Shown here piece after piece: positions 52,206 through 64,000 of a DNA stretch of 64,000 nucleotides. The stretch lies in assembly GCF_018977255.1 (NCBI RefSeq), contig NW_024704742.1, forward strand, positions 127,970,001 through 128,034,000. Reading direction: 5' to 3'. Numbering within the stretch: the first letter of the stretch is position 1; each line of letters begins with the position of its first letter. The notes under the pieces were generated by a model. It did not search any database, was not told the DNA's origin, and was given only the letters and a program-made list of their open reading frames with translations. Made by a program: the position numbers and the translations under genes. Source of the stretch: Callorhinchus milii (Eukaryota).

Positions 52206-52694
52206 GAACATAGGAACAGATGTAGGCCATTCAGCCGCTTGAGCCTGTTCCATCATTCTATCACATCATTGCTGATCTGTACTTCAACTCTAGTTACCTG
52301 CCTTTGCCCCATATCCCTTGACCTAATAAAACACTATCCATCTCAATCTTGAAATTTTGAATGGGTCCAGAATCCACAATCTTTTGGTGGAGACAGTTTC
52401 TAATTTCCACTACTCTTTGCATGAAAAAATGCTTTCAGGTTTCACTCCTAAATGGCCTAGCTCTAATTTTAAGATTATGTCCCCTTATTCTGGATTCCCC
52501 TAACAGAGGAACCAGTTTCTCTGTAGCAACCTTATCAAATCCTTTATCATTTTAAATACCTAAATCAGATCACCCCTTAACCTTCCGGACTCAAGGGAAT
52601 ACAGACCAAGTTTATTTAACCTGTCCACATAACCCTTTAAGCCCTAGTATCATTCTGGTGAATCTGCGCTGCACCCCCTCCAGAGCCAATATAT
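52206..52694 (-). mobile_element. CR1 LINE 3' end
   Basis: DILALEGVQRRFTRMI..LGLYSLE..LRGDLI; 3'UTR ..GAATGGCCTACATCTGTTCCTATGTTC. Confidence 0.88.
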
Positions 52695-52702
52695 CTACTC
52701 TG

Positions 52703-55128
52703 TTGCAAAACCAATAGAGTAGTGATAATAGGGGACTTCAATTATCCTAACATAGACTGGCAAATAACAGTGTAAAGGGCAAGGAGGGGGAAGGATTCCT
52801 GAAATGTGTGTAGGATAACTTTCTGGGTCAGTATGTTTCCAGCCCAAAGAGCAAGGAAGTAGTGCTGGATCTAGTTCTGGGGAGTGAAGTGGGGCAAGTG
52901 GAGCAGGTTTCAGTAGGAGAGCATCTGGACAACAGTGATCACAACATCATTAGGTTTAGAGTACTTTTGGAAAGGGACAAGGAGCAAAGGTGAAGATACT
53001 CAACTGGAAGAGGGCTAATTTCAGTGAGATAAAAAGGGAGCTAGCCAAAGTGGACTGGAAAGAAAACTTGGCAGGTAAAACAGCTAACGAGCAATGGGAA
53101 GCCTTCAAGGAGGAGATAGTTCAGGAACAGAACAAATACATTCCCACAAAGGGGAAAGGTAGGGCATCCAAACCTCCCTGGATGAATAAGGAAATTGGGA
53201 TTAAAATAAATCAGAAAAAGGAGGCTTACGATAAATGTCAGCTCCAAAATTCAGAAGATAATCAAGTAGAATATAGAAAGTACAGAGAAAAACTAAAAAA
53301 GGAAATAAGAGGGCAAAGAGATTGTATGACAACAGATTAGCGGGTAACATAAAAGGGAACCCTAAGGTATTTTATAAGCATATAAAGAATAAAAGGTTAG
53401 TTAAAGGTAGGGTGCGTCCAATTAGGGACCAAAGAGGAAATTTTCTTGTGGCGGCAGATTGATGTATTGAATGAGTACTCTTCTTCCCCGAAGAAGAGGA
53501 TGCAGCCAATGCCATAGTATCGGAGGAGAGGGTAGAGGAATAGGATAAAATAAGAATAAACCAAGAGGAGGCACTAAAAAGGTTGTAGTGCTCAAGGTAG
53601 TCACCCGGTCCGGATAGGATGCATCCTAAGTTACTGAGGGAAGTAAAAGTGGAAATAACGGAGGCTCGGGCCACAATCTTTCAATCCTCCTTGGACAGTG
53701 GGGTAGTGCCAGAGAACTGGAGGGTTGCAAATGTTACTCCCCCGTACAAAAAGGGGCGGAAAGATAAACCCGGGAACTACAGGCCAGTAGTCAGCCTAAT
53801 GTCAGCAGTGGGGAAACTTCTAGAGACTATAATCCAGGACAAAATTAATTTTCACTTAGAAGAATATGGGTTAATAAAGGACAGCCAACATGGATTTGTT
53901 AAAGGCAAATCATGTCTAACAAACTTGATAAGAGTTTTTTGATGAAGTAACGGAGAGGGTGGATGAAGGTTAGTGCGTTGATATAGTTTATATGGATTTT
54001 CAAAAGGCGTTTGATAAAGTGCCAAATAAGAGACTTGTAAGCAAAATAGTATTAAAGGGACAGTGGCAGCATGGATATAGAACTGGCTCAGAAACAGGAA
54101 GCAGAGAGTGGTGGCGAATGGTTGTTTTTCTGACTGGAGGAAAGTGTGCAGTGGTGTCCCCAGGGATCAGTATTGGGACCACTGCTGTTTTTGATCTATA
54201 TAAATGACCTGGACTTGGGTAAAGGGAGAACAATTTCCAAGTTTGTGGATGGTATTAAGCTAGGAAAAAGAGTAATCAGTGAGGAGGATAATAGCAGACT
54301 GCAAACAGACATAGACAGACCGGTAGAATGTGAAGACCTGTGGCAGATGAAGTTTAAAGTGGAGAAATGCGAAATGATTAATTTTGGGAGGAAGAATGAA
54401 TAGAGGCAATATAATCTGATGGTACAATCTTAAAGTGTGTGAAGGAACAGAGAGACCTGGGGGTTCATATAAGTAAATATTTGAAGGTGGCAGGACAGAT
54501 AGATAAAGCTGTTAAAAAAGCATATGGGATACTAGGCTTTATAAATAGGGGCATAGAATACAAAAGTCAGAAAGTTATGATGAACCTTTATAAAACACTG
54601 ATTAAGTCTCAGCTAGAGACTGTGTTCAGTTCTGGGCACCACACTTTAGGAAGGATGTCAAGGCATTGGCGTTGGTGCAAAGGAGATTTACCAGGATGGT
54701 ACCAGGAATGAGGGACTTCAGTTATCAGGGGAGGCTGGAGAAGCGAGGATTATTCTCCTTGGAGCAGAGAAGGTTAAGAGGAGACTTAACAGAAATTTTC
54801 AAAATTGTGAGGGTTTTCGATAGTGTGAACAAGGAGAAACTATTTCCACTGGCAGGTGGGTCGGTAACGCAAGGACACCGACTTAAAATAGTTGTTAAAA
54901 GAAACCGAAGGGAGGTGAGGGGGACCTGCATTGCCTAAAAAACTGCGATTCGATAACAACTTTTAAGAGAGAAGTAGATAATTATTTGGGGAGGACAAGT
55001 TTGCAGGGCTATGGGCAGAGCGCAGGGGAGTGGGATTGAATTGGACAGCTCTTTTCAAAGAGACTGGCACAGACATGATGTGCCGAATGGCCTCCTTCTG
55101 TGCTGTATAATTCTATGATTGTATGATT
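52703..55128 (+). mobile_element. CR1 LINE, ~2.4 kb, 5'-truncated ORF2 (endonuclease C-terminus plus RT), multiply disabled
   Basis: VIIGDFNYPNIDW, LDNSDHNII, LNWKRANF, PGNYRP, QHGFVKGKSCLTNL, MDFQKAFDKVP, PQGSVLGPLLFLIYINDLD, VQRRFTRMVPG; ATTCTATGATTGTATG tail. Confidence 0.95.
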
Positions 55129-55389
55129 TTATTTTCTTTCCGGAGGTGTGGTGCCCGAATGGTGTTTGACCATAGCTCTATACAGCTGAAGCATAATTTC
55201 CTCTCCTTTATATTTAAATGATTGTATATAATTCATTCAATAATGGGTCTAAATTGCATATTGATTCTTAATAAGAAATATCTGAATATCACATTGTTTA
55301 AACACGACATCTGCATCCCATAATTTTACCCACAAAATATAGTCATTTCACTTTACAGTATATTCTGTGAAGCGCTTTGAGACAGCTAG

Positions 55390-55765
55390 AACAACAACAA
55401 CAACAAACAACAACAAAATTACATTTATTGACTGCCCTGCACGTCGGGAGGACGTCCCAAGGTGCTGGACAGTCAGGGGTCAGGACCCGAGCATGGGGGA
55501 GGGGAGGGTAGGGGTGAGGGAAGGCAGAGAGGTGGGAGGGCGACCGAAGGCACGATTAAAGAGGAGGGTTTTGAGACTCACCTTGAAGGAGGCAAGAGAG
55601 GAAGCGAGGCAAAGGGACTGGGGGATGGAGTTCCAGAGTGTGGGGGTAGAGAGGCTGAAAGCTCGGCCACCGATGGTTGGGCGGGTCTGGCGAGAGACAT
55701 GGAGCAGGCTGGAGCCCGCTGAATGGAGGGAGTGGGAAGGTTGGTAGGGAGTCAGCAGGTTAGAA
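55390..55765 (-). mobile_element. L2 3' fragment nested in the stem-loop of a SINE 3' half (55325-55812, +)
   Basis: The SINE breaks after GCGCTTTGAGAC and resumes ..GTGATAAGGCGCTATATCAAATGCAAGG. Confidence 0.85.
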
Positions 55766-56960
55766 GATGTGATGTGATAAGGCGCTATATCAAATGCAAG
55801 GATTATATTATTAATAAAAAATGTATTAAGAAACAGGCCAAACTGGATGCCAATATGAACAAACTATCTATTTTCTGGGAAGTGGAGAACAAAAGATTGT
55901 AGCAGAACTGATAGACTTCAACTCTGGCTTTAAGCCAAAGCAAATATTTAGCTTAATTTTTTAAATCACTTATTTAAAACACAGACATGAATGGTGTGAA
56001 TAAAATCACTGGGGTGTTCTGTAAGCTGTGCCTAAGAACTGATTCAACTCTAAATTTACTGGTTTTAGTTCCACAAGCAGTAAAGGGAAAACTGTGGGCA
56101 CAGTAAATTTCATTGCAAAGCCTAAAATCTAGGCTTTAGCTTAAAATTTAGCCTAAAATCTAGGTTCCTAAAATCTTGATTCTTCATATTTTACAAGACC
56201 TTCTGATCAGGGCCAAAAAAAAAATCAGTTCAACCTTCATTTGGAGGCCAGCTCTGTGCAGTGCCCCCCAAAACATTGTGGAAAACTAGCTTCCAAAATA
56301 AAACTGAATTTAAGAAATTAAATTTTTAAGACAATGGCCATAAGACTAAGATGTGAGAGATGTGGTGTCTTTGATATCACACATACATAGTGTGACATTT
56401 CAGGCTTTGATGATTCATTTGGGGCATTTGGTTGGAATGTCCTGACCTCTGGAACTCCATTCCACAGTCCCTCTGCTTCATCCCCTCCCTTGCCTCCTTC
56501 AAGACCCGCCTCAAGACCCTCCTTTTCGACCATGCCATCGGTCACCCTCCCTGCCTTCCACTCCTCCTGACCTCAACCGCCCGCTCAGGTGCGGATCCCT
56601 GACTGTTCAGCACTTTGGGACATCCTCCTGACATGAAAGCCGCTATACAAATGTAATTTGTTGTTTTTTGTTCACATTAGAAGAATGTCTCAACGTGCTT
56701 GATACTGCCTGCTGGGCAGTTGTTCTGGAGCGAGTCAGAGAGATGGAGTTCCAGAGAGCGGGGGCAGAACAGCTGAAATGAATTGATAGTAGAGAAGAGT
56801 GGAGATTATTAACTTGCCATGTCTCTGAATTAGTTTCTTTTCTACCTAAAAGTAATGGCACCATAAGACAACAGGTGAAAATAACTATCAGGGGTTGATG
56901 TCTCAAACATTTGTTCCTGGTGGTGGGAATATATTCTATATTGAGCAAGAAATGCAAGCC

Positions 56961-57260
56961 AAAACCCTGACAGGTAGGGTGGTCCTAGCTGGACAAGTAG
57001 TGGGAAACTTGTTACACAGTGCTTTCAATAGTGCTTGCTGCATAATGCTTTCAAAGCTATGTTGTTTTGGCTGGTTAATTTCCAGCAGTACGCCAATACA
57101 CACTCTGGGGTCCCCAGGCCTTAGCTCTTGCCAACTGCACCTAATACTCTCCGGGATTAGGTTAATAGATATGGGAATTTCCATATGCAGGTGACATACA
57201 TGGAATTCTCAGTCTGGTTTGGATAGTCTTAAACATGGTGATGGGTTTCTGCATGTGCCA
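56961..57260 (+). repeat. Unclassified dispersed repeat (family X)
   Basis: Homologous to 16031-16352. Confidence 0.7.
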
Positions 57261-60200
57261 AGCACATATTAGTATCAAACCAACTATACTACTTTAAAGA
57301 AAATAACACATTTCACACTTATAAATGTGTAGCTCTGAGATGCAGTGGCCATTTTGGTTAATATCCCTTTGTTTTGCAGTTTAATTACATTTTTCAATCT
57401 AAATCACAGTTGTCAGCAACTCATCAGCTTCTCCTTCAGCTGTTCTTAAAGAGCAACAAATGCCACTTCAGTCTGATCAAACCCATGATTTATAGGTCTC
57501 AAGATATGTTCAGTGACTTCATTGTAGCTGGCAGGAATGAGTGACGTGGGAGCACAGGAAACGATTGTGCTTGCTTGCATCGATAATTGATTATTACAAC
57601 CAATCTAAGTGTTATATCGGGATTTGCAAAAGAAAGATCTTGGAAAATTAGGAGCATCCGGTATGAGGGGGTGGGTGGTTGTAATCCTATTTATTGGCTC
57701 TTAATATAAATCCTTACCTCAGCTGTCATTCAATCTCACGCACTCAAGCTTGATTTTGCATGAAATTTCAAAGAAAAAAATCCATGAAACAAGCCATTTG
57801 GCCCAAATAGTCCATGCTGCCGTGTGTACTCCACTCCTCCTAAAAGTTTCTTTTATACCCTTCTATTCCCTTCTTACCCTTACTGTTCCCTTCTCCCTCT
57901 GGCTTCACTTGCTCGGTTACTGGGTTCTTAGCGGGCTGCTTGATAGATGGCTTCATTTTGGAAGGCAAGAAGCTTTGGAAGATAATACAATCCATCGCAT
58001 GAAGTGCACCTTTCCATCAACAGATTCAGGATTGATGGGAGTAACTGAGAAGATGGACCACCCTTAAGAGTGAAGAAGGATGACATGTAGTGAGAAACAC
58101 AACGGAGTGAAAATTCCATCTGGAAGTGGTTAGAGTGGAGTTCCCGCAGGTCAATTTGACACATTTTTAGTTTTTACCAGGAATCATTATTTGCAACTCT
58201 GGATCACCAATAAAAGGGATCAATTAGAAATAAACCCAATATTCCCCAGAAAGATTTATGCTAATATAATTTAGCTAATGCTGCCAGTGAGGATTTTTTT
58301 CTATGCTTCTGTAAATTTGGTTTATAATAATAATATGTGCATTTGTCTTACTGGATACACTGTAAAGTACAATGATTGTGTATTTTGTAGTTTTGTAATA
58401 CTAAGCACTGGTAGTTTTGTTAGCGTCCAGTGCCTTGGCACGTCCTCCTGACGTGAGAGGCATTATACAAATGTAATTTGTTGTTGTTACGATTATTTCT
58501 TCATATGTTATTTATTGATATAAACAATATGCATTGTTACGAAAAATGTGAAAATACATTGGGGATCATTTTTTGTGTTGGTGCTGGCTTTATGCTAGCC
58601 GAGTTTTATAACTGAGACTCACCTCCCAATTTTCAAGGGTGTTTTGTTGTATTTTGAAAATGAAAATAATGGAATTTTTAAAAAAAATGGTGTCCTGGCA
58701 TTGAGAGGGTTAATTGGTGACAAGACTCGGTTCATCTTCACCTTTCAGTCATGGAAGAACATGGACACACTCAGAAATTTGTCCGCTGAACAAAAGCAGT
58801 TTCTCTTTGGAATCTGATGAAGAATAGAGTTAAATATTTCAGTTGATTCTGTTTGCAATACCACCATTAATCACTGAGATGGCAGTTGAGTTGGAATAGT
58901 AACCCAGTTAGTCTGGTTATATGAGCTTTTCAATGGTGGTTATCAGATTGGCATTTCAATAGTGAGTTTGTGACCTTTCAGCCACATTGACCTGACTAAA
59001 TTGCCCGCAATGAACAAATTCATCTCAGGTCAAAGTTGATATTAGAGGTTAAAAGTTTACATTGGCCGCAATCAAAATATAATACCGGGGCTGAAAGCAA
59101 TGAGATAATGGTCTAAAACTTAATTTAATTGCTTGACATTTACTTATGAAAATACTGAACATAAAAGAGCTTTGTACTTTCATTTCCTTGCCTGTCCCCT
59201 CTCCACCTCCCATTATGGAAGAAGCATAAAGGAATACACTTGGCAAAAATCTGAAAATAGTTTTAAAATGTATTATTAAATATTTTTATAGATCCTTTAC
59301 GATTATGAAAGTTGACTTTTTTATTGCTGCTTCATAGAGAATTGAATAAAATTAAGATGAATCAGTGTGTGGGAAAACACTGTACGGTGAAATTAGATGT
59401 CTCCTCACTGACCAATTGCCAATGACCTCTCTAGGGAGTGAGGCAAGGGGAGGGGAAGGAGGAGAGGACACTGAGACCATTCACTCTGTACTGTAAAAGA
59501 TAGTGATTTGGGACTATGCCTTTCTCTGGACTCAGCTTAATTATTTTTTACACGCATGGTCATAGAGAAAATTATTCAATAGATCGAATTATTCATATAT
59601 CGGTATTCAATTAACCGATTTATATTCTTAGATTACGTGTGCGAATGGTTTGGGATTTCTAAATTCTATTCAATAAACCAAACTATTCAATAATCTGCTT
59701 TTCAATTCACCGTATCTCACTATATTGATAAAATTATATTTGAATCATAACATCAATTCCGTTTCTCACTAGATCAATAGACTGTGTCTTTCCAAACTAC
59801 TCACAGCTTCCAATTGTTACATTAGCTGTTAGGCTGTTCATGGGACAATGTTGTGCACATAATGGTTGCAAGTTTGCTTAGAAATACACAGTCACTACAC
59901 TTGGAAGCAAAAGAAAATTCCCGTGAAGCTCTTTGAGACATATCAACAATGTAATAAGGTGGCATATCAAATGGAAGGATTATTATTATTACACCAATAG
60001 ATGATATTAATCATACTTGCATTTGAATTAGTGCGTTATCATGTTGAAAAACATTTCAGAGGTTTTGTGCCTCCGAATCCTTATCTTCCAACTGAACAGG
60101 CAAATGATACTTACAGTTTGATGACCCATCTGAAACACGATAACTCCAGCATTGAAATGCACCCCCGCTACTGGATTTGCGTGTCAGCCCAGACTATGAG

Positions 60201-60287
60201 CTCAAAGTCTGGAGCTGGAAATTACAACTTTCTGACTCAGAGGCGAGAATGCTATTAACTGAGTCAGGCCTTTTTGTGATATGGTTA

Positions 60288-61125
60288 ACAACAACAACAA
60301 CAAAATTACATTTGTAAAGTGCCTTTCACGTCGGGAGGACATCCCAAGACGCTGAACAGTTGGGGATCAGGACCCGAGCGTGTGGGGGGTGCACGGTTGG
60401 CGTGAGGGTGGGCAGTGAGGTAGGAGGGTGGCTGAAAGCATGGTTGAAAAGAAGGGTCTTGAGTTGTGCCTTGAAGGAGGCAAAGGAGGGAGCAAGGTGA
60501 AGGGATTGTGGGATGGAGTTTCAGAGGGTGGGGCAGATAGGCTGAAAGCCTGAGTGCTGATAGTAGGCTGCGTCAGGCAGGAAACCTGGAGCAGGCTGGA
60601 GCCTGCTGAGCGGAGGGAACGGACAGGTCAGCAAGTCAGAGATGTAGGAGGGGGCAAGGCCATGGAGGGCCATGAAAGTGAGGAAGAGGATTTTGAATTC
60701 TATTCTCTGAGAGATTGGGACCCAGTGGAGCCGGGCGAGGGTGGGGGTTGATAAGGTCACGGAGCCTGATGCGGGAAAGGATACGAACTGCAGAGTTCTG
60801 GATGATCTGCAGCTTGTGGAGGAAAGGGTTGGGGAGGTCAACAAGGACGGAGTTTTCGAAGTCGAGTCTTGAGGTGATGAATGCATGTATGAGGGTTTCG
60901 GCGGCCTGAGGGGTGAGGTAGTTACGGAGTCGGGCAATGTTGCAGAGATGGGGGAAGGCAGAGAGGGTCATGGCACAGATATGGGGGAGAAAGGACAGGT
61001 TAGCGTCCAACAAGACGTCCAGGTTCCTGACTGGCTTGGTGAGGTGGAGTGTGCATCCATGGATGCTGATGCTGCAAGTGCCTGAGGTGCGGAGGTGCTG
61101 GAACGAGCCAATTAGGAGGGCCCCA
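60288..61125 (-). mobile_element. L2 LINE 3' fragment (~840 bp)
   Basis: LIHAFITSRLDFENSVL..LQIIQNSAVRIL..LHWVPISQRIEFKIL; same family as 35347-36585. Confidence 0.9.
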
Positions 61126-61599
61126 GTTAAGGAACTATTTACATTGTATGTCACTTGCAGCATCATGACACACCACCTACTTTGGGTTAAACATCATAAA
61201 TTTTGCATCAGTAAACGCCAATAAACAACAAACGTCATATATCATTCGCATGAGAAATTCAGCAGACAGAATTGCTTTAATGGGAGAATGTGTTTTATCT
61301 GTTACTGCAATAACCTCAGGCTTAACCATTATAATTAATTCAATTAAATACAATCGTTATTTTTCTGGATGTTTAGTCACTTTACATTTGTATTTAATAC
61401 AGTGGAAGATCATTGTGCACTAGCTGAGGTTTGGTTAACCATGCCAGTTGCCAGTCACACAAAACTTACGAAGAGGTTGACGTGTGAATGATAATCCAGT
61501 GTGACAATGCGTTAGATAGGTTGTGAACCACAGAGTCGCAACAGTATCATCGAACTGAAAGAAAATCGGTTTGTTTTAAGTTTCTGTTGGTAACGTCCA

Positions 61600-61952
61600 C
61601 GGACATGCTCCTCCCTTCCTCTGTAGACCTGTCTGATCCCTCTGCTCAGCAGGCTCCGGACTGCTCCATATCCCCTGACCGATCCCCCCCCTACATCGCT
61701 GATCGGGCCTTCAGCCTCTCTGCTCCCACACTTTAGAACTCCATCCCACAATCCCTTCGCCTCACTCTCTCCCTCCCTTGCCTCCTTCAAGGCCTGTCTC
61801 AAGACCCTCCTCTTCGACTGTGCCTTTGGGCACCCTCCTACTTCCCCTGCCCTACTTCACCCATCCTGATCCAGCTCAGCCTAAATCCCTGACTGTCCAG
61901 TGCCTTGGGACATCCTCCCTACATGAAAGATGCTATGCAAATGCAATTTGTT
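61600..61952 (+). mobile_element. L2 3' fragment
   Basis: Encodes LASFKACLKTLLFD, followed by the tail. Confidence 0.8.
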
Positions 61953-62199
61953 GAGGATAAGTCCATGTTAATTTCATTAAATATCAGTGAACTGAATTCT
62001 CTGTTAGCAATATTTGTTCAGCTTTGTTTGTGTATTGTGTTTTGAAAACCTGTTTATTGTGCTTTACTTTTATACTGAATTGAATGTAAAACTGCCCATT
62101 ATGTACAGAAGAATTGAGGAGAGACAGGTTGATCTGAATGATGGATTATATAAAAAATATTTCCATTTGATGTAGAGACATATATCAAATCCCTTTCTG

Positions 62200-62522
62200 T
62201 AAAATGTAGTGACTGCATTTGTGGGTGAATGCAGCCACCAATATTCACCCAGCATATGCCACAAGCAGCCATGACCTTTTTTTTAATCTGGAGGATTGTT
62301 GGCCAGGAAATTGGGAGAAACTCTTTTCAAAGATTGGCATGAGATCTTTAATGACCACTTGAACAGACAGACAGGACCTTGGTTTAACATCTCATCCAAT
62401 GGCTGACACTTCTGGCATTGGAGTATCAACCGAGTTTATGCGCTCAAAGTTCCAACATGGGGCTTGAACCCACAATTTCAATGATTCAGATATGAGAGTG
62501 CTATGCCAATTGAACCAAGCTG
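62200..62522 (-). mobile_element. Degraded DeuSINE
   Basis: Reverse Deu motifs and B-box. Confidence 0.7.
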
Positions 62523-63759
62523 AAGTGGGAGGCTAAGCCAAGCCTTTCAATCGGTCTGCTATTTTCAGTTGCATAACATAACAATCACATTTCAAATCTA
62601 TTTGATTTCTGTATATCCTACTTTTTTTTGCCATTATCTTGTTTTTTCAGGTCCTTTGCAGGTTCCAGAACTGACTGAAACACAGACTCCCCATTATGTG
62701 ACATACTGAAGGAAATGATTACTTGACACCACCTTCACTTTCAGAGTCTCTCAAAATGAATATGTTCAATTGCACCTCTCCGTGTTTTGAATTGACAATG
62801 AGAATGTGAGTCAGGTATTATAACCTGGGGTGAGGATGATGTGTTAACCCTTAGAGCATCCTGAATAAGTTCACTTGTTTGAAAGCTGTAGGGTCTCAGG
62901 GGACACCAATGTGCTTATTAGTATGATGCCTCACTTAACTGCAAAATCCACATTAGGAATTCAACTGCATACATCTTTGACCAGGCTATGCCAATTTTTT
63001 ATCCTTTGGCTTTCTGTGGTTGCAAAATTTGCCTGTAAATCTACATTTCAACCATTGAAAACCATTTAAAAAGTTTCTCCAACCGACCATTATATTAATC
63101 CTTAAATATGATATTGTTGCCTTATCTCTCACGTTATATCTCAAAGTATGTCGCAGTAACGTGACAAAAGTCTAGTGACTTTGCATTTTTTGTGGGCAGA
63201 CATAAAAGGTAGAATGTGAAAGAAATGGAAAGTGATAGAGCAGAAAGGAATTTAATTTTGGATATAAGAAAGGGTTATTTGAACCAGAAAGTTTCTGACC
63301 CTTTATCAAGTGATTTCTGTCAGACTGGGCAATGCAATGTGTTGGAACATTACACTTTCACTGATAGGACCAACGCTGGAATCTCGCCAGAAAAGCAGAG
63401 TGAAACTTTGTGTTTTGCCGGCTGGCTGAGTACAGACTCCGATGAGAAAATGCCAAACACTTGAATGAGGAGAGATTTAACAGCTTGGTTCTTCCCTTTG
63501 AAATGAAATACAGAAAGATTCCAACTTTATTAAAACAATTGAAAAAAGAGACTTTTTTTCTTTCTTCTTAGAAGATTGCAATTTCAGTTAATGTGTTGCA
63601 GAATTGAGTTTGACTGCAGGAGATAAAATGATTGAGTACAGTGGCTATGATTCATGAGAGACTGTGGAGGGTTTTAAGCCTTCGCCCACTTTGTTTTTAC
63701 TGGCTATCACAACTGAATCTCAATCCTTTTTGCCCAGATTGAGACTTAGAACTCATATA

Positions 63760-64000
63760 AATAATAATAATAATTTTTGCATTTGTTATAGCGCTTTTCA
63801 TATCTTTGAGATGTCTCAAAGCGCTTTACAGAATATACTGTAAAGTGAGTTGACCGTACATTTGTGGGCAAAAATGGCAGCCCATTGTGCACAGCAGTGT
63901 CCCACAAACAGTCGTGGATTGAGTGACCAAATTATTATTTTTTTTAAGGACTTCTATCCCTGGAAAAGCGGTCCATCAATCGACTAACAATCGGGTTCCT
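63760..64000 (-). mobile_element. tRNA-derived SINE, long subfamily (cut by the window edge)
   Basis: Tail and body match 10508-10760. Confidence 0.88.

Noticed and set aside
52703..55128. Active CR1 element or domesticated RT
   Set aside because: It is 5'-truncated with many stops and frameshifts, and the catalytic motif has decayed to FVDG.

Overview
This is vertebrate genomic DNA, probably from a cartilaginous fish (inferred from SacSINE1-like DeuSINEs and abundant L2 and CR1 LINEs). It has no prokaryotic features. The only confident protein-coding feature is the first coding exon of SETBP1 on the minus strand (CDS 1713->1132, phase-0 donor), which carries a 35-Gly expansion and sits in a G/C-rich micro/minisatellite block. 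The remaining ~60 kb lies 5' of that exon and is mostly retroposon relics: a young tRNA-Ala-headed SINE (long and short subfamilies), older DeuSINEs, AmnSINE2-like copies, L2 and CR1 fragments, two solo LTRs with ATAT target duplications, and unclassified dispersed repeats. Best leads: (i) a candidate decayed multi-exon gene on the minus strand at ~12.3-24 kb, with a CpG-rich promoter-like island and strong splice donor at ~28.6-28.9 kb; (ii) a co-varying 3' stem-loop shared by the L2 LINEs and the SINEs; (iii) the inverted pair of ATAT-targeted solo LTRs; (iv) two CR1 elements joined 5'-to-5' through a fold-back hairpin. Nearly all other ORFs in the track are repeat artefacts. Repeat boundaries are approximate, and family names come from recognising consensus motifs, not from a database search.
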